A DNA stretch of 64,000 bases from Takakia lepidozioides (taxonomy: Eukaryota; Plantae; Bryophyta): assembly GCA_030704615.1 (NCBI GenBank), contig CM060733.1, positions 40,548,001-40,612,000 on the forward strand, given 5' to 3'. Of the stretch, positions 38,000-52,770 are shown one piece after another. Under the pieces are notes generated by a model. The model worked only from the letters and a program-made list of their open reading frames with translations, did no database searches and was not told the origin of the DNA. Every line of letters starts with the position of its first letter. The stretch's first letter is position 1. A program made the translations under genes and the position numbers.

Positions 38000-40900
38000 C
38001 TAGATGGGAGGCGTTGATTCTTCAAAGGAGTTTGAAGGCGAATCGAGTAGGCGTTGGGTGTTGGAATTCTTCTCAATGTCCAGGTCAACTGGGTGCAAAG
38101 CAGGGTGAAGATAGGCCTGTTTTATGCATCTCAACACTTCTTCCTTCCTTCCTGTGTGCTCATCCTCCGTATCCTTTTTTCTTGTGGCCTGCCCCAATGG
38201 TCACGGCGACACTATAGTGGGTAAATCAAGTAAAAGGTGTATACAGTGATCACAATTGTTAACAGTTAAGATGCCTGCTAACTAAAAAAGATAGAGTTCA
38301 TACTGGATTGTCACACCCATCAAGTGCTTTAAAGTTCAAATGCACTATGTGCCAGCCAGAACCTCCACTGACCCAAAACCGTACAATTTCATAAACAACC
38401 ATCGGAACCTTGGCAATACTTCATGCGCGAAATTTCAATTTTGCAGGACTGCAACTCCTCATGGCTCATGTTGAGATTAATATGTACATACTGTGTGACC
38501 TTGTCACAGCTCTAAGGTGAAAGTAGGCATTTTTGACTGACCAGGCTCAGCCAAAAATAGACATAAAATGCACATACAGCCAGCTACAATCTGGTTCCAG
38601 GTTCATTACAGTGATGCTTCAAGGGATGGTTTTAATGTCATACTGAGAAGGCAGATGTGACATCAGTAATCCTAAATGAGAGAGTGGACGCTTATAACTT
38701 TCCAAAACTAGGAGAAAAAAGCTCAAAGTGCATTACCTCCACATTGAAGTTCTTGAAGGCTGGTTTAAACCGCTGCTCGCAGTGCGCATTGAAAAGTAAT
38801 GTTACAATGGGAAGGGGGATACACGCAACCGAAGCCACCCCCAATCCCTTAACGGTAAACACCCCAATAAATAGCACTTGCATCAATATCAAGCAGCTAG
38901 TTATACGAACATGTACTTCTGGCCAAAGCTGCCCGCCTGTCTCGTATGCTGGTTCATAAACATGCAATATCTGCACACACTTGCCAAAACCTTTCTTAGG
39001 AATGCAGACTTGGTCCCTGTCTCACTCTAAATTCCATCCAACTTGGGCTAGATGTACATGGCGCACACAATTGAGAACAATTCCAGGCACTATTTGTAAA
39101 GAACTCACCTAGTCCATCAGAAGTATAAGGCTTATTTTGGTTTTGGGAGTCTTGTGTGGGGCTTCATTTGTCCCACAAATCTTTTGTCAGCAGTGAAGGA
39201 GACACATTATGTTTTCTATAATGAACTCTACACCAGCTCATACATCAAAAAATCAATTGCATGGACTGAGATTTTCATTTTCTGTATCAAGCTCTGTCAC
39301 AATTCCAAATTGAGCCTCTTGGACTGAAATTCCACAGCAAGCTATCCAGCATAGCCAATGTTTGCAGGGAACACTCCATGAGTACATCTCTCTCTCTCCC
39401 TTCCCAGGTGACTGTTTATTCCTTGGTTCACTGGATATAACGTTCTACCCTTTCCTTCACAGTGTTACTGGGAGTCCACAGTCACATCTTGTTCAGCCGG
39501 GTGGTTAGACATGCAGTGCCACATTCAATCTCATACATGCTAATTTATCAATGCCAGCACATAAATCACCCAACTCCCTGTAGCAAGTCAGCTCAGCATG
39601 GCAGTTTTGGGTGAGTGGCTGAAGGCTGATTTCTTCACTCTCTCTCTCTCCTTTCATCCAGAATCTTTGCCTCAACAGTGTGCCTGGCTGCGCAACGCCA
39701 AACCATGTGTCGGTTGCAAGGTAATGGCTAGAGAGGAGTGGCACTGGGATGAACCTCACGTTTCTAGTACAATGTCAATGCCAATTGATTAATCAACACT
39801 CAGTTTCCTGCGCTAAAATTGTCTTTGGCTGCAAGCAAGCAGCCAATTTGGCAATTTCGAGCTGCATCTCTGATCTTCGGTGTGCACTCCACAACCAGAT
39901 CTGGCAGGTTTTGTTTGCTTGAGGACTATGGCCACCTCATAGCCATTCAAATTTGCAGAAATTGACATTGACTATATTCTGTCTCTGAGACCCTAGTGCT
40001 TACAGATGATGCAACCATAGCTGCATGTCACAATCTGTGTGGAGCTTAAGGGCTGTATTAGCCATGCAGCCTATACAATCATTAAATAAGACTGTAACCA
40101 AGTTTTCCTCGGATTTACATGAGCACCAGGACAATTTCGGGCTTAGAAAACTGATCCTTTACAATCCACAACTAGCTCCAAGGGGTTTGATATCCGACAA
40201 GGACCATCCCTCTCATAGCCAATTTCGTATGGAGTCTTTATGAAGTGTACTTCTCTTACAATATACATGCACACCAACATACATGAGTGTGCATATGAAA
40301 ATCAAACAAAAAAACTGTATCATGATTCACCAAGGGACAAGGACAAGAGAAAGATAGATGTGTCAGGACCTGATTGCGATATACGATGTAACCGAGTACG
40401 AAATATATGAGAAGAAAAGGGAGCAGCAGAGGCGAAATGATGGAGTACGCAAGTCCCAATAACACAAAGAGGAGCACACTTGGCATTATTCGGTAGTAAG
40501 CCACTGGTCGAACAGCATCCAACAGGGGAACACTCTTCTTGATGGTGTGCCTTTTCAAGAAGTTCAAAACAAGAGTACCTGTCTGTAAGATCTCAAGTGG
40601 AAATCCTGCCACTCCTGTTGTCAGTACATAAGTAATGAAGAAATTTGCCTGCAGACACAGACAAGAGACAAAGTTGCCGTCCATTCAGACCCCAAATTAC
40701 TGGCTGGTAGTATACGCAGAATAATTGATGCCAGTGGCAATAAGATCCTTTAGATTGTATCTAGGCAACTTGACACTGACCAAAGGCAGTGTGACTATTA
40801 TGCTTCTGCCCATTGCTTGGTGGACCACATAGCTTACACATCCAAGAGTCCTCAAGTACCTGTAGGACTATATGAACTACGACAGAGAGAAACAGGAGAG

Positions 40901-43900
40901 AGTTAGCTTACTTTGCTAGGTATCGCTTCAGCTAGGCGCCTTGGTATTTCCCTTGGGTCCTTGGAGAAGGTGCTAAACACGTCAAGTAGAGAACCTCCCA
41001 ACACGCCAACAAGGAAGACATTACCGGCCAAAAGATAGAAAAATCTCCCTGCAGCCCTCCTCTCCTGGTGGCTGAAGGAGATATAGCCTTCAAGTTTGGA
41101 AAGGAAAAGCATAATGGGGGGCAGGATGTAGAGAACTGCAGAGAGAAGTACCGCAGGAAGATACCCTGTAATCACCTCCTTCACAAGAGGTCTGCAATGA
41201 TGAAAAAGATTTCAGAGCATTCAACAATTTGGCAAAATTCTTAACCACTACTTCCAAAAGGAGAGCAAAGTTTAGAATGTGCAGGCCCGGTCAAAACACA
41301 CTGTAAAGGCCAGAGGCAATCAATCCAGACAAACATCTCTAGGGAGGGGGAAGCTTACATTGTCAGCACATGGTCTGATATGAAGTTTGGTAGATACTTT
41401 TTGAGTTGATCAAGGTTTGCCAGAGCAAGGATGAAAGTGACCACAGGAACATAGAAGAGAGTGATGAGGCCAGCAGCTACTGCTGTTACAACGGTACGAA
41501 AAAATAGCTGCCCAAAAGGTATTTCTACATTTCCCCAGTCCACATCTCTCGGTTCCGGAGCCCATTCAGTGACCCACAACATTGGGTCTGTTGACTGCTG
41601 TGCCTGGGCTGTGACGACTGCTGCCCACCGTGTCCTAAATGAAACAAATGCGGCTGGCAACTCCTGCTCAAGAAGAGGTAGAGTTGTCAAATAACATCTC
41701 TGTCTGATGAAATTTCACTTTGTTCTCGTGTCCATAGACACTTCAGAAGTCAGTGGATGTAACAAAAATAAAAGTACATATATTCATTCTTTACTCTTTC
41801 CTTCACTTCCTTCTCTGTCCAATGGAAAAAACAGTGTTCTGTTAGAACTCATTGAGGAATGTAACATAGACTGCGTAAACTTGAACGAGATAGTCACTTA
41901 GGTCAAGATATGGGCGAGAAGTTTGAAAGTCCCAACTTTAGCTCGTAGCACACTTCTCTGACATGGGGGATTAGAAAATGCAGAGGGGGGAAGAGTTAGG
42001 TAGCATCAGGTAGAAGGAACATGAGGTACCTTCTTCCTGTTGAGAAATTCAGACTGTCTCTCGCGAATCTGCTGATGGAGCTCTTCAAGCTTCTCCGAGT
42101 GGAACTCAACAGGATCCACTAGCGGCCCATATAGCCCACAGAACCCTGCTTGGCGAGGCTTCCTCTCTCCTGGAGGTTTTTGCTTCAGAGACAAAATTTT
42201 GCTCTTCAATTTCTCAAATTGTTTCTGACAGGGAAACAACATTCATGAGCTATCTTCAGTGTTTGAATTATACTAACGAGTGATTTGCTCACGTACGCAT
42301 CTGCGTGTGGAAGGGAGAGAAGGAAAGGAAAGGACGAGAAAGAAAGGGAACTATGCACAGTAGGCCCAGAGAGCTTCTGGGACAAGAACACACCACAAAC
42401 AAGTGACAACTAGCAAATAAATGCAGGCCTACATCGCTGCGTGGAGATGGAGTGCCTCATGAAGGTCAAGTATCTCTTATCTCCATGATTGAATGCCTCT
42501 GCCAAGGATGAGCTGCATCTGAATTGATGTGATCTCCTGAAGTATAAGAGAGGAAGAAAAAACAAGGGAGACTGCTACCATTCAGTGAAAGGAAAAAATT
42601 ATAATGTCCACAGGGAGAAAATAGTACCAGCATGCTCTCCACTTTGCCGGAGTGGAAAACCATTTGATGTGACAGGTATTCGAAGGGATGGAACTCTGTG
42701 AAAAAGTATTCCACGTTGTCACTGTATGATTTTTCATCACTCTCAGGCTTGGGTATGGCACGAACCAACACTGAAAATTGATCCGGTTGAGGCCGAAGGG
42801 CCGTAAGAAACGCCTGTCGCTTACGAGCTATACTGTTGTACTCCTGTGTCAAAACCCAGATCCAATGTCCAAGTACTCATCGCTCACTGCCTCTTTGTCT
42901 CTTAAAAGCCAGTTCCCAGACTCCCTCCTTCTCATCCCAGTCTCCCAGCCTCATAGCGCTGCTTCTCTCTTCTTCTCTGAGCGTATATGTTTCATTTTTT
43001 ACTACAACTACTTGTCAAGGACACCAGGTCTACAAATACAGAGGAGAGACGATGGAGGGTGTTCGTACCAGATAAAGTAGGGTATAAGCAGTGAATGAGA
43101 TGAAGTAGAGCACTGCAAAGTGACACCACAGCCTACCACACACAAAACATCACCTATTGGTCATCAATAAAATAAAAGAAAGCAAGGTAATGATGTGTGA
43201 GAAGTGATGTAGGGTGCTGGGACAGGGCTACGGTGTCGTCAACAACAGCATAGCCTTCTCAACTAATGGACACATAATCTTTACTTTGAACATTCTGAAT
43301 GATCTACTCTGGATGTACCAAGCTCCTGACTCTTAAGAATGTAACTTGGGACGCATGCTCTCGATCCAGTCTTGCAAACCCTACGCCTGACGCTTAACCG
43401 TGGGAATCCACAACATCACCTTGAGAAGCAATTCATGGCATCATGGTCACTACAACAACTTTTCAATCAGAAGTCAGATGGACACAATGATGGGACCATA
43501 GGGCATGGTAGAACTACAGAACCAAAGAGCCAATCAAACCCAAGCATTACACGAAGAGGTTTACACGCAATGGCTGATAGGTTTATTTGCATGAGAGTAA
43601 AGAAGACAAAGAGAGGAAAGAGAGGGTACCGGGCAGAGCCATTAGAAATGTTAAGAATAGTGAGTTTATCCAGTGTCCCATACTCGTTTTCCTCTTTCTC
43701 CCTTGGATTGTTGGCTAGGTACGTATCAGTGAAATTGAGAGGTGCCAATATGCCAAATCCCACCACCGTGCAGATTGAGAAGAAACGCATACTGCAGTTT
43801 CCCAAGAGTTATTCAGAAGCAGAACCGAAAACAAGGATTTTTAAAATGAGACAAAGCACCAGCCAAAAGGGTAGACCCAGAAGCATTCTACCACCACACT

Positions 43901-46327
43901 GAAGTAACCCTCTGCAAAACAGTGGGTTTCACTACTGACAAAATCAAAATATACTGCTACAAGTCTAGGAAGTTGAGTACCTCGGGCATTGATGTTTCCA
44001 GCACCATAAATCACATGTGCATATACATGAGCCGATTGTCTCAACTATAGCAGTGGCTGGATTCCCTTATCCATCAAGCAAGTGCCCGTAGTTTTAGGAC
44101 ATAGATAATCGCGAAATCATGAGGGAACATCTTTGTGAGGGACTCAACTCCAGGTACTTACCTTGGTATAACAACTGGTTCGGGCATTCCAGATTTCCTC
44201 TAGACAGCCCTTCACATAAGCATCAATGGGACGGCAGAGACCCCGTGCGTGGACGAGACACAAACTCATTGTTGTGCAGCTTTGGAGAATGTAGAGTGTG
44301 ACCGATACGAGTGACAATTCACAGTGCTTGGGAGTTCAAAGCGTAAATAGAGCCAATCCGAAGACAAGGGACTTCATTCCTGACAAAACGAGGCTGTAAA
44401 TCGAGCATTACAAGCCTAAATGCAGGAGGTGAGACCTGAGAAGAAGGGGTTGGTAATCAGGTGTTGCAACAACTTAAGGGCAGCTCCTAGGTCCTAGAGA
44501 TGAGCATAAATACTTTTCTGCTAGAGGACCAGGAGTCCATGAAGCGGACAACAAGTTTCTATCGTTGCGTTCTCCCATTACATGAGCGTAAGTATTCCAC
44601 CCACACGAGCTGACTTTGGACATAAATCCGTAAAGTCCTTTCGGGCATTATATGCGTGCATTTTTCAATTGCTTCAACCTCTCCTGAAAGTGTTAGCGCA
44701 GCTTCGGCAGAGCGGTTGCCTTGCATACCACCGGCGTTTGCAGCGCGTTCAAGAAAGTACGCCTTTGATGTTGATCATCATAAATCTACATTTGTATGAA
44801 TCAGAGTTATCACTAGAGAGAGAGGATTCGACAGGAACGCCAACTTTGTGAAACCACAGGCACTCACGCAAGCTACTCTTTCTTGCTCCTCGATACTACA
44901 CACTGGACATGCCACTGGTCAGTCAGGTCAAACTACTTCATGCCTGGGTGTGAAGGGGAACTCCACACAGCAAACTCGTGCATTTTCATGAGGTGCTTCT
45001 CAAATACTTTTGCGTTCGAGTACAGCACTGACGTGGTTTCCAGTGAACTTCGCCTAGTTGGAATTGTATTGCGATAAGACTCGAGCCTGGAGTCTTTCAG
45101 TGGCCAGCTGAGTTGGAAAAGAAAGCAGACATAGGGACAACTTCATTGCGGCTCACCTCTGCTCCCCAAAGGGAGGCTACGTGGAGGGAAATCCGGACAC
45201 CACTTCACAACTGTTTCAATTCTTGGATACAATCTGCTCTTCTTGTTGATTATAGTATTGGGTTTCCAGTCGTCCCTACTTGTCTATGAAGGGGATCATA
45301 CAGACAGGTAAACACTGGATGATGGTTATGTTGTTCAGCTTGCTGGAAATATATGGTAACAATGATCTGTACGTACGTTGGTTTTGTTTCAGTCCCAAGA
45401 ATGGAGCCTGATCCTGTAGCTGTTGAAGCTTTGGGATGAGGAAATGATCATTCTGAGTTAGCTTGTCCAAATACAGAATCATTGCAAGTCTGGCAAGCTG
45501 ATATAACTGTCTTTTAACTGTTGCCTCTTTCATCTGAATATTAAAAAAGCTAGCTCCAACATTGCTCGGACATCGCAGACTCAAGCAATCACATTATGAT
45601 GTACATTCATTTGAAAGCTCACCGTTTCTTTCATCCAGTACATGAATGAGCAGTCTCTAGACAAAGAGTCACTGTTTCCTTATTTGAAAGGTTTGGATAA
45701 TGTTCTGTGTGTGAGCTGCCCAGCAATTAGACCCCAACAGGGCCTGGTCGCTGAAAGAGAGGGACGGAAATGAAGAGAAGTTTTCCAACACAATGTGCTA
45801 CTGATGATGAGTGTAGTTTACCATCCCTGTGTCAACCAAAGTACAGAGGAAAACTATGCGCGAGTCTTTTGTCACGCGAACAAAGATTACAAGAGTGCCA
45901 CGGAAAACGAGAATAAGGCAGAATTTGAGAGAAAGGCCACCTCACCCTGGCGCTCTGTGACCAACAAGATTACAGCAACAAAAATACATCCTCTATAGGA
46001 GAGGGAAAGAATACTATCGGCTTACATGAATGTCACTCACCAGAAGACGAAAATTCGCAGGAATACCACGGCATCGAGACCGGACGACTCCAGGATGTCG
46101 TCCTCTGTCGCCTGCCATGCTCGCTTGACCCATCCCGCCGAAGGCACCAGATTCTCTATAGAAAATGCCTGCTTCTTGTGCTCCTTCCTCTTCTCTCTCA
46201 GCAAATGCCTCGTAAAATATACGCCGGCATTGCCTTGTTGCTTCCTGAACACAGAATAAAGGGCAAGAAACAGAATGGCAAGCCCTAGATTGATGCCTGC
46301 AGAGGTTGCCAAATCCGCAATTTCCAT
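38000..46327 (-). CDS. OSCA: OSCA/CSC1/TMEM63-family calcium-permeable stress-gated channel (OSCA2/HYP1-like), 10 coding exons, ~736 aa
   Basis: Exons 46327-46041, 43791-43630, 43132-43069, 42843-42628, 42224-42030, 41663-41359, 41191-40912, 40648-40370, 38970-38737 and 38188-38000. All introns are GT-AG and the exons join in frame (2211 nt). Motifs LATSAGINL, GLDAVVFLR, AAFVSFRTR, WAPEPRDVDW, ANFFITYVLT, YETGGQLWP, AYLHPAL. Confidence 0.95.
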
Positions 46328-47539
46328 GTTCAATTGTCTGGAATCAGCATTACCAATGCATCTGGAACATCAGTTGTCTGGACAACGCAGATTATTCTCC
46401 CTAGTAATTGTGTGAACCAGTGCTTTTGGCAGCTACAAAGACGCCTTGGAGGGAATAATGAGATGAATAGCCTGGAGCGTCGAGGATAGCTGATTATTCA
46501 GTGCTTCAGGTGTGCAACAGCCTTGTAAATTAGTATGATTGAGCTGTCTCTGACCTAAGACCAATTTCATATTCGACGCCGATCCTCCACCTCTTGACTG
46601 TAGTTACTCTTCCGTGAAGAGGTGGCTCACCAACCGGTTAGCACATTACACATGTCCGAGAGAGTGACGAAGCATTGGAACTCAATGTAGGGGACTTGAT
46701 CAATCTGCCTTCTACGTAGTGTATTCTGTGAAAAAGCGGCCGCATCATTCCAGCAAGAAGATGAAGACGAGCGCATCCCAACAGTGCAGCTCACGTGTGC
46801 ACGCTATCCGCTTTTTCAGCCCTGGACGCTGGCATCCAGGGTGCATCAGTACACGTGGCATTCAATTATACGCCACGAGATTGCGTTATGCAAAACGTAC
46901 CAGGCACGCGCTCCCAGAGAGAACGTGGGAGTCAGAGTGTGGTGGGCGCCGTTCAGTGCTCTAAGAAACCAACACGTGGATCAGAAACAGCTGGATACGA
47001 CCACCACGTGGCTACGTTGGATGGTTTCGGATGTAGAATCGAACGGCACAGAGCACGTAGTTGGACGAGCTGAGTGTCAGTGTGCGGGTAGATATGTAAC
47101 AAGTAAATAAAATAAAAATATATATTTCTTATCAAAAACTTTGAGCTACGAGACTCAGAACGAGTCTCGTAGGTGGTTATTTTTTCCACCTGTTGTCACA
47201 TTTCTTTTTAATTAATTTGAGTAAAAGGGCCTCCGTCCCCTTTCTCTTGAAAAAAAGAAAAAAAAAGAACGAGTGAAAATTGTGAAAATTGCAGTCGTTT
47301 CTAAGATTTTCCACAGCAGCGAGATCAAGAATAAGAAATAAAAATGATTTTCTTATATTTTTATTTTTGTGGAAAACATTTTGGAGCTATAGACGGCCGG
47401 GCAATCAACAACCGCGATTTCTCTAACTTTTTTTTGTTAAAAACATTAATGATAACTGAAATTGTTTCTATATAATTATTGTGAGCAAACAAGGGAAGAG
47501 CCCTCGAAATATATTAAAGAACATGGAATAAAAAATAAA

Positions 47540-47705
47540 AAATATGACGCCTCCCGAAGGGAGCGTAACTTATGGTATCACTTCACCACAAGGGCTATTG
47601 CCTTCCAGCTGAAAGGTGGACACCTTCATGACACACGAGACCGTGGATTGAACCCACAACCACATCCAACGTGGTATGTGCCCATTACCACTGGGCTACA
47701 TGTTG
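47540..47705 (-). mobile_element. tRNA-derived SINE-like element (second family)
   Basis: Minus strand shows A-box TAGCCCAGTGG, B-box GGTTCAATCC, a non-tRNA body and a T-run at the 3' end. Confidence 0.7.
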
Positions 47706-48189
47706 GTTGTCATAAACATGGAAAATCATACAACTAGGGCTTGACGTTGCTCCGCACTACTAGCAACGAATTCTGAGAACTAAGTTCAATTTTTCACAAA
47801 AAAATGGTAGGTCATCCCCGCGGTGTTACATGCAGAGATCCCGTGTTTTGTTTTTTTTGGAAGAAAAATGCGGATGTGCATTTCAATGTTCAATTTTCAC
47901 AAGCCCATCGATCAATAACAACATACCCAAATACCTTTACATTCACTATATGAACTTTCAAGCACCACCGTGGGATTGGATCTTGGTGGGTTAAGGCTAG
48001 CTTTTGACAATATTTATGCAAGTTCGTCAATGGCTCCATCCAAAGCCACACCACGAGAAACAAACAAACATGTCCAAATTTAAGATGCTGAACAAACTTG
48101 TGCACATGACTACCCCTCTCATCAAGCTCATTAAAATTTGTATTTACTTCCATCTTCAAGCTTTGGAGAAGCTCCACCACCCAAACCCA

Positions 48190-49010
48190 GAATTATAGCA
48201 ACACATAAGTCGCGGCATCATGTTTATCCCACTTGAGGATAGATGTTGCCACACATTCAGCCATCTCCACATTGTCATGGATTCTGCAGGCACCAAGCAA
48301 GGTCTTCCACACCACAACATCTGGATTGATTCGCATTTTATTAATCAGGTACCCTGCCTCATGTAGTTGTCACGCACGTCCAGAAGGTCCACCATGCAGC
48401 CAAAGTGTTTTACTGGCAAGGTGACACCATGATGTTGATTCAGGGAATCGAAGTAGCATCTTCCTTCATTCAGTAGGCCAGTGTGGTTGCATGCAAAGAA
48501 AACACATATAAAGGTGATATTGTCCAGCTTCAAGCCATTCTTTTGCATTCCTTCAAATAGTTGCAGGACCTCCCTATGACAACCATGTTAGGCATATCCT
48601 GTGATCCACGACACCACATTTCATTAGCCACATTGTCAAATACTCCCTTTGCATCCTCAATGCACCCACATTTCGCATACATGTCCACCAGGGCAGTGTC
48701 CAGAATGACATTTGGTACAATTCCAACTTTGATGATGTCACTATGCACCCTTTGCCCTTTTCCAGGGCTGCCAGGCTTGCACAAGCATTGCAAACGCACA
48801 CAAACGTGATGTGGTCGGACTTCAACCCTTACCCATCATTTGCTCATAGGTCTCCAAGGCCTCTATCCTGCGCCCCTGCTGTGCATATCCTTCAAGCATG
48901 ACATTCCATGACACAAAATCTCGTTCAGCCATACTGTTGAACACTCCTTCCGCATCGATGCACCCACATTTGGCATACATGTCCACGAGGGTATTGTTCA
49001 GAATTATATG
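48190..49010 (-). pseudogene. PLS-E class PPR pseudogene
   Basis: NTLVDMYAKCG, RDFVSWNVMLEGYAQQGR, DNITFICVFFACNHTGLLNEGRCYFDS, HFGCMVDLL, PDVVVWKTLLGACRIH (E domain); frameshifted. Confidence 0.9.
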
Positions 49011-49210
49011 CTCCAGCACCATGCAAGTCTATAGTGGCCATTTTCCATCGTTTCACAAAAACCGCCCCGGTCTTTCTCGCCAACTCTGCATCTAGTGAGA
49101 ATGGAGGGTCTTTCAATGAAAATACATGTTGCTGAAGGTTCCTCAATAGCAACCATGCATTTCCCATAACTGGTTTCTTTCCATCGAACTCCCGTAACAC
49201 AACAAGAGCT
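49010..49210 (-). pseudogene. hAT transposase fragment inserted in the PPR pseudogene
   Basis: LREFDGKKPVMGNAWLLLRNLQQHV…FVKRWKMATIDLHGAG resembles the hAT segment preceding the LH.A…LNP motif. PPR sequence flanks it on both sides. Confidence 0.65.
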
Positions 49211-50202
49211 GGTTTACAATTCCAGCTTTGAACCCTATTTTAAGTAATTCCGGACTTTTGGCTTAAATCCGGACCAAACTTAATATATAACATAATTAAA
49301 ATTAATTCAGGTATTAATAATAAATATCGTGGAATATTGAGTCATTTAACTTGTGAAGTTGCACAATCCTATTCATGTAACATCGAATGGTAAGTCGAAT
49401 GACGTACTTTGCATCAGAAAATTATAAAGGTAAGATTGATTGAATGAAGTTATTAATAATTGATAGATGTATGACATAAACAGATGATTCAAGAAGATAA
49501 TATACAAATGAAAAGTAAAACATCCATACCATGCTTACAGTATAGTAGTACCATGAACCAATGTATTGCAAGTTTTCAATTGATGGATTAAAACGTTGAA
49601 TGGAATAAGGTTGGATCTCAATGAAACATGTGAATTATGTTTCAAAATATTTAGGGATCATTCCGATGTTCATATGACAACCAAATATTGTGGAAGAGTG
49701 TCATGTAGATTCAGCTATAAAGTCATTGAACCAAGCTGGCACTACAACAGATTGCGGCTTTTATGACTCCCATGGCTGCGCAGTCATGACAGATTTGTGG
49801 CAGAAATGCCATTTGAAGTCGTAGATGCCTTTTGAAGTCATAACGCAGGTCCGGGGAAGGCATATATGTGATTGCATGACTACGGACTCTGCGCAACACA
49901 AGTCAAACATGTTTGACCACGAATATTGGCATGGCAAATATGACTACCAGTCACGGTCATACCTACACTGGAATGACGTGTACAAATTGCTAGACGGACA
50001 TATGACTTTATGACTCTCACTCTAATGCATTCTGCCAGATCATCACATGGATGAATCACTACATGACTACACGTGTCGATACATGCTTTTCTGGTTATAT
50101 ATATAATATATCAATATCTATATTTTGAAAAAATGTCGGAGACTCTAACTACTAGAATGAGTTTTTTTTTTTTAAAATCAAAGTGCAAAAGATTTGAAAA
50201 AA

Positions 50203-50387
50203 ACACATCGGCTGGAGGTGCACAGTGTGTCGCCCCGGTGGTTCGGGGTTCAAACCCGCTTCCCTTGTTCATGACGATATGTTTGGGCGTTGATCGTCCT
50301 GTAGGTCTCATGGCCCAAATGAAAGGGGGTTAATTTTTTCCCCTCCTCAAGGGCCTGAGGCTTCTTTTAAAATTTAAAAAAAAAATC
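50203..50387 (+). mobile_element. tRNA-derived SINE (same family as 35820) nested in the CACTA
   Basis: GTGCACAGTGTGTCGCCC…CCTGTAGGTCTCATGGCCCA is shared with the 35820 copy; B-box GGTTCAAACC; A tail. Confidence 0.8.
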
Positions 50388-51739
50388 AAAAAATTGCTTA
50401 TAGGGTTTGCAAGAAGGTTAAAAAACTTAAAAAAGTTGCCCATCACGGTAGCCGTGAATAGAATTAGAGTGAGCGGGAGGGAGGGAGATAGAGAGAGAGG
50501 GCTGGGACTTAGAGCGAGCGAGCGGGAGGGAAGGCAAACATGCATGGGAGGCCGCAGTTGGAGCAACCTTCGCATCTGAAGCAAGCAACCCTAGAAACGC
50601 TAGGGTATGTGTGCGAGGAGGTTTTGGCTGGGAGCTCGTCGTTCTTGGGAGAATCAGCTTGGTCTTAGCAGGCCGTGTTTCAATCTCTACCCGCTCAGCT
50701 GCACCGTGGTGGTTCTCACAGACCAATCCGACATTACCTGACTACAGAAACAAGCAGCACACTGAAGAGGTCCTCTTGGGTTCATGGTCAGTCAAATCCT
50801 CCATGGGTCATGACACAAGGTCGAGGACAATGTGGTGAGGGCACCTTCTTCTTTGACCTATTTCAACCTGTTTTGCCCTCTCATCTGACTCGGCCCTTCA
50901 TTTGCAACACGGAGCAGAGTTGGCATGAGATTTTTAAATATCCTTCACGATGGTGCGACAACCGCAATGGCAAGGTGTGGCTTTTCCTTAATGTACGATG
51001 TGAAGAAGTTTGTCCATCCTGCAAATGTGGGCTGTTGGCTCCTGTTAGTACCATGATTTGGTATTCTTCCTGATGTTTCAAGGTTCTTGGGAGAGTCAGC
51101 TTGGTCTTAGCAGGCCGTGTTTCAATCTCTGTCTGCTCATCTACACCGTGCTGGTTCTCACAGACCAATCCGACATTATCTGACTACAAGACACAAGCAG
51201 CACACACAAGAGGTCCTTTTGGGTTGATGGTCGGTCAAATCCTCTATGGGTTCTTCTTCGACCTATTTCAGCCTGTTTTGCCCTCTCATCAGACTCGGCC
51301 TTGAGATGCATATTGAATTATGTAAGTTAGCTCGTTGCTCATTGATAAGTAGGGTTGGGGGTGTTTGCTGGAATGATTGTTGTATGCATGATTTTGTGCA
51401 GAGGATAGATAGCTAAAGGAGCAGGGATAGAGTGTGGAAGAGGGCCAGATTATCTCTGATTCCCTGTGGAAGGATAGATACAAGAAACCTGCATGGGTAG
51501 ATGGTCAATTGGAAGCCGCAGCAGCAGCGGCACAATTGATAAAATCAAGCACTACTAATGAAGGCACCTTCTGAAACACATTTCACCCTATTTTCCCCTC
51601 TTATCAGAATCGGCCCTAAATTTTCATGTTCAATTTTGCAAGTTAGCTGGTTGAGTGAATCTAGTTGGAGTGACTTTGACATGATACTGCCAATGTGACA
51701 AGAGTATGCATTGAACCCATTGGTAGCGGGATATTGGGA

Positions 51740-52770
51740 TATCTCTTGGCCATGTGCCATCGTCAAAGCTGAAATAGTACTAGTTGTCATTCTGACCACT
51801 GCCCTAGTGGACATGTATGCCAAATGTGGGTGCAGCAAGCCTTATGCAAAGGGAGAGTTCGACAACATGGCTAAATGAGATGTGGTGTTGTGGACTGCCA
51901 TGATTGTAAGGTGTGTGTAGCATAGGTGTGGGAGTAAGGCTTTGGAAACCTAAGAACAAATGATGTGGGAAAGGATGAAGCCAAACCAGGTCATGTTCAT
52001 TTGTGTTTGTTAATATGCATATGCGAGCCTAGCAGCCCTGGGAAGGGGCCAAGAGGTTCATGGTGACATCATCAAAGCTGGAATTGTACCTAATGTCATT
52101 CTGAACATTCCCTTGGTGTACATGTATGTCAAATGCGAGCCTGGTAGCCCCGGAAAGGACGCAAAGGTCCATTATGAAATCTGGAATTGTACCACTGGAT
52201 GTCACTCTAAACACTGCCTTGGTGGATATGTATGTCAAATGCACACCTAGCAGCCCTGAAAAAGGGAACAGAGGTCCACGGTGATATTGTCAAAGTTGGT
52301 ATTGTATCTGATGTGATTCTGAACGTTGCCGTAGTGGACATGTATGCCAAGGTTGCAGGGTGCAACTATAAGGATACATGGCTGTTTTGATAATATGGCT
52401 GAATGAGATGTGGTACCAGCCTAGCCCATAATTGCACTTAACTAGAGTAGGCAATGAGTGAAGACGGGGTTTGTGATGACATCGTCCAAGCTGGAATTAA
52501 ACAAATGTTGTTCTGAACTATGCCCTTGTGGACTTGTATGCCAAATTGGGGTGCATGGAGGATGATGATCCCAGGATATGCACAACAGCGGTGCGGGATG
52601 GAGGCCCTTTGGAGAGGTCTATGAGCAAGTGGTGTGGGAAGGGTCGATACTGCAGCGCAACCACATCGCGTTTGTTACATTTGCAACATGTGTGCAAGCC
52701 TGGCAGCCCTGCAAAATAGCAAAGAGGTTCGTGGTAACATCGTCCAAGCTGGAATTGTACTAGATGTCGA
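51740..52770 (+). pseudogene. Scrambled PLS-class PPR fragments within the CACTA
   Basis: Repeated TALVDMYAKCG and VHGDIIKAGIVPNVIL-type segments with stops and frameshifts. Confidence 0.85.

Noticed and set aside
43792-46040. Short ORFs in OSCA intron 1
   Set aside because: No recognisable motifs; treated as intronic.
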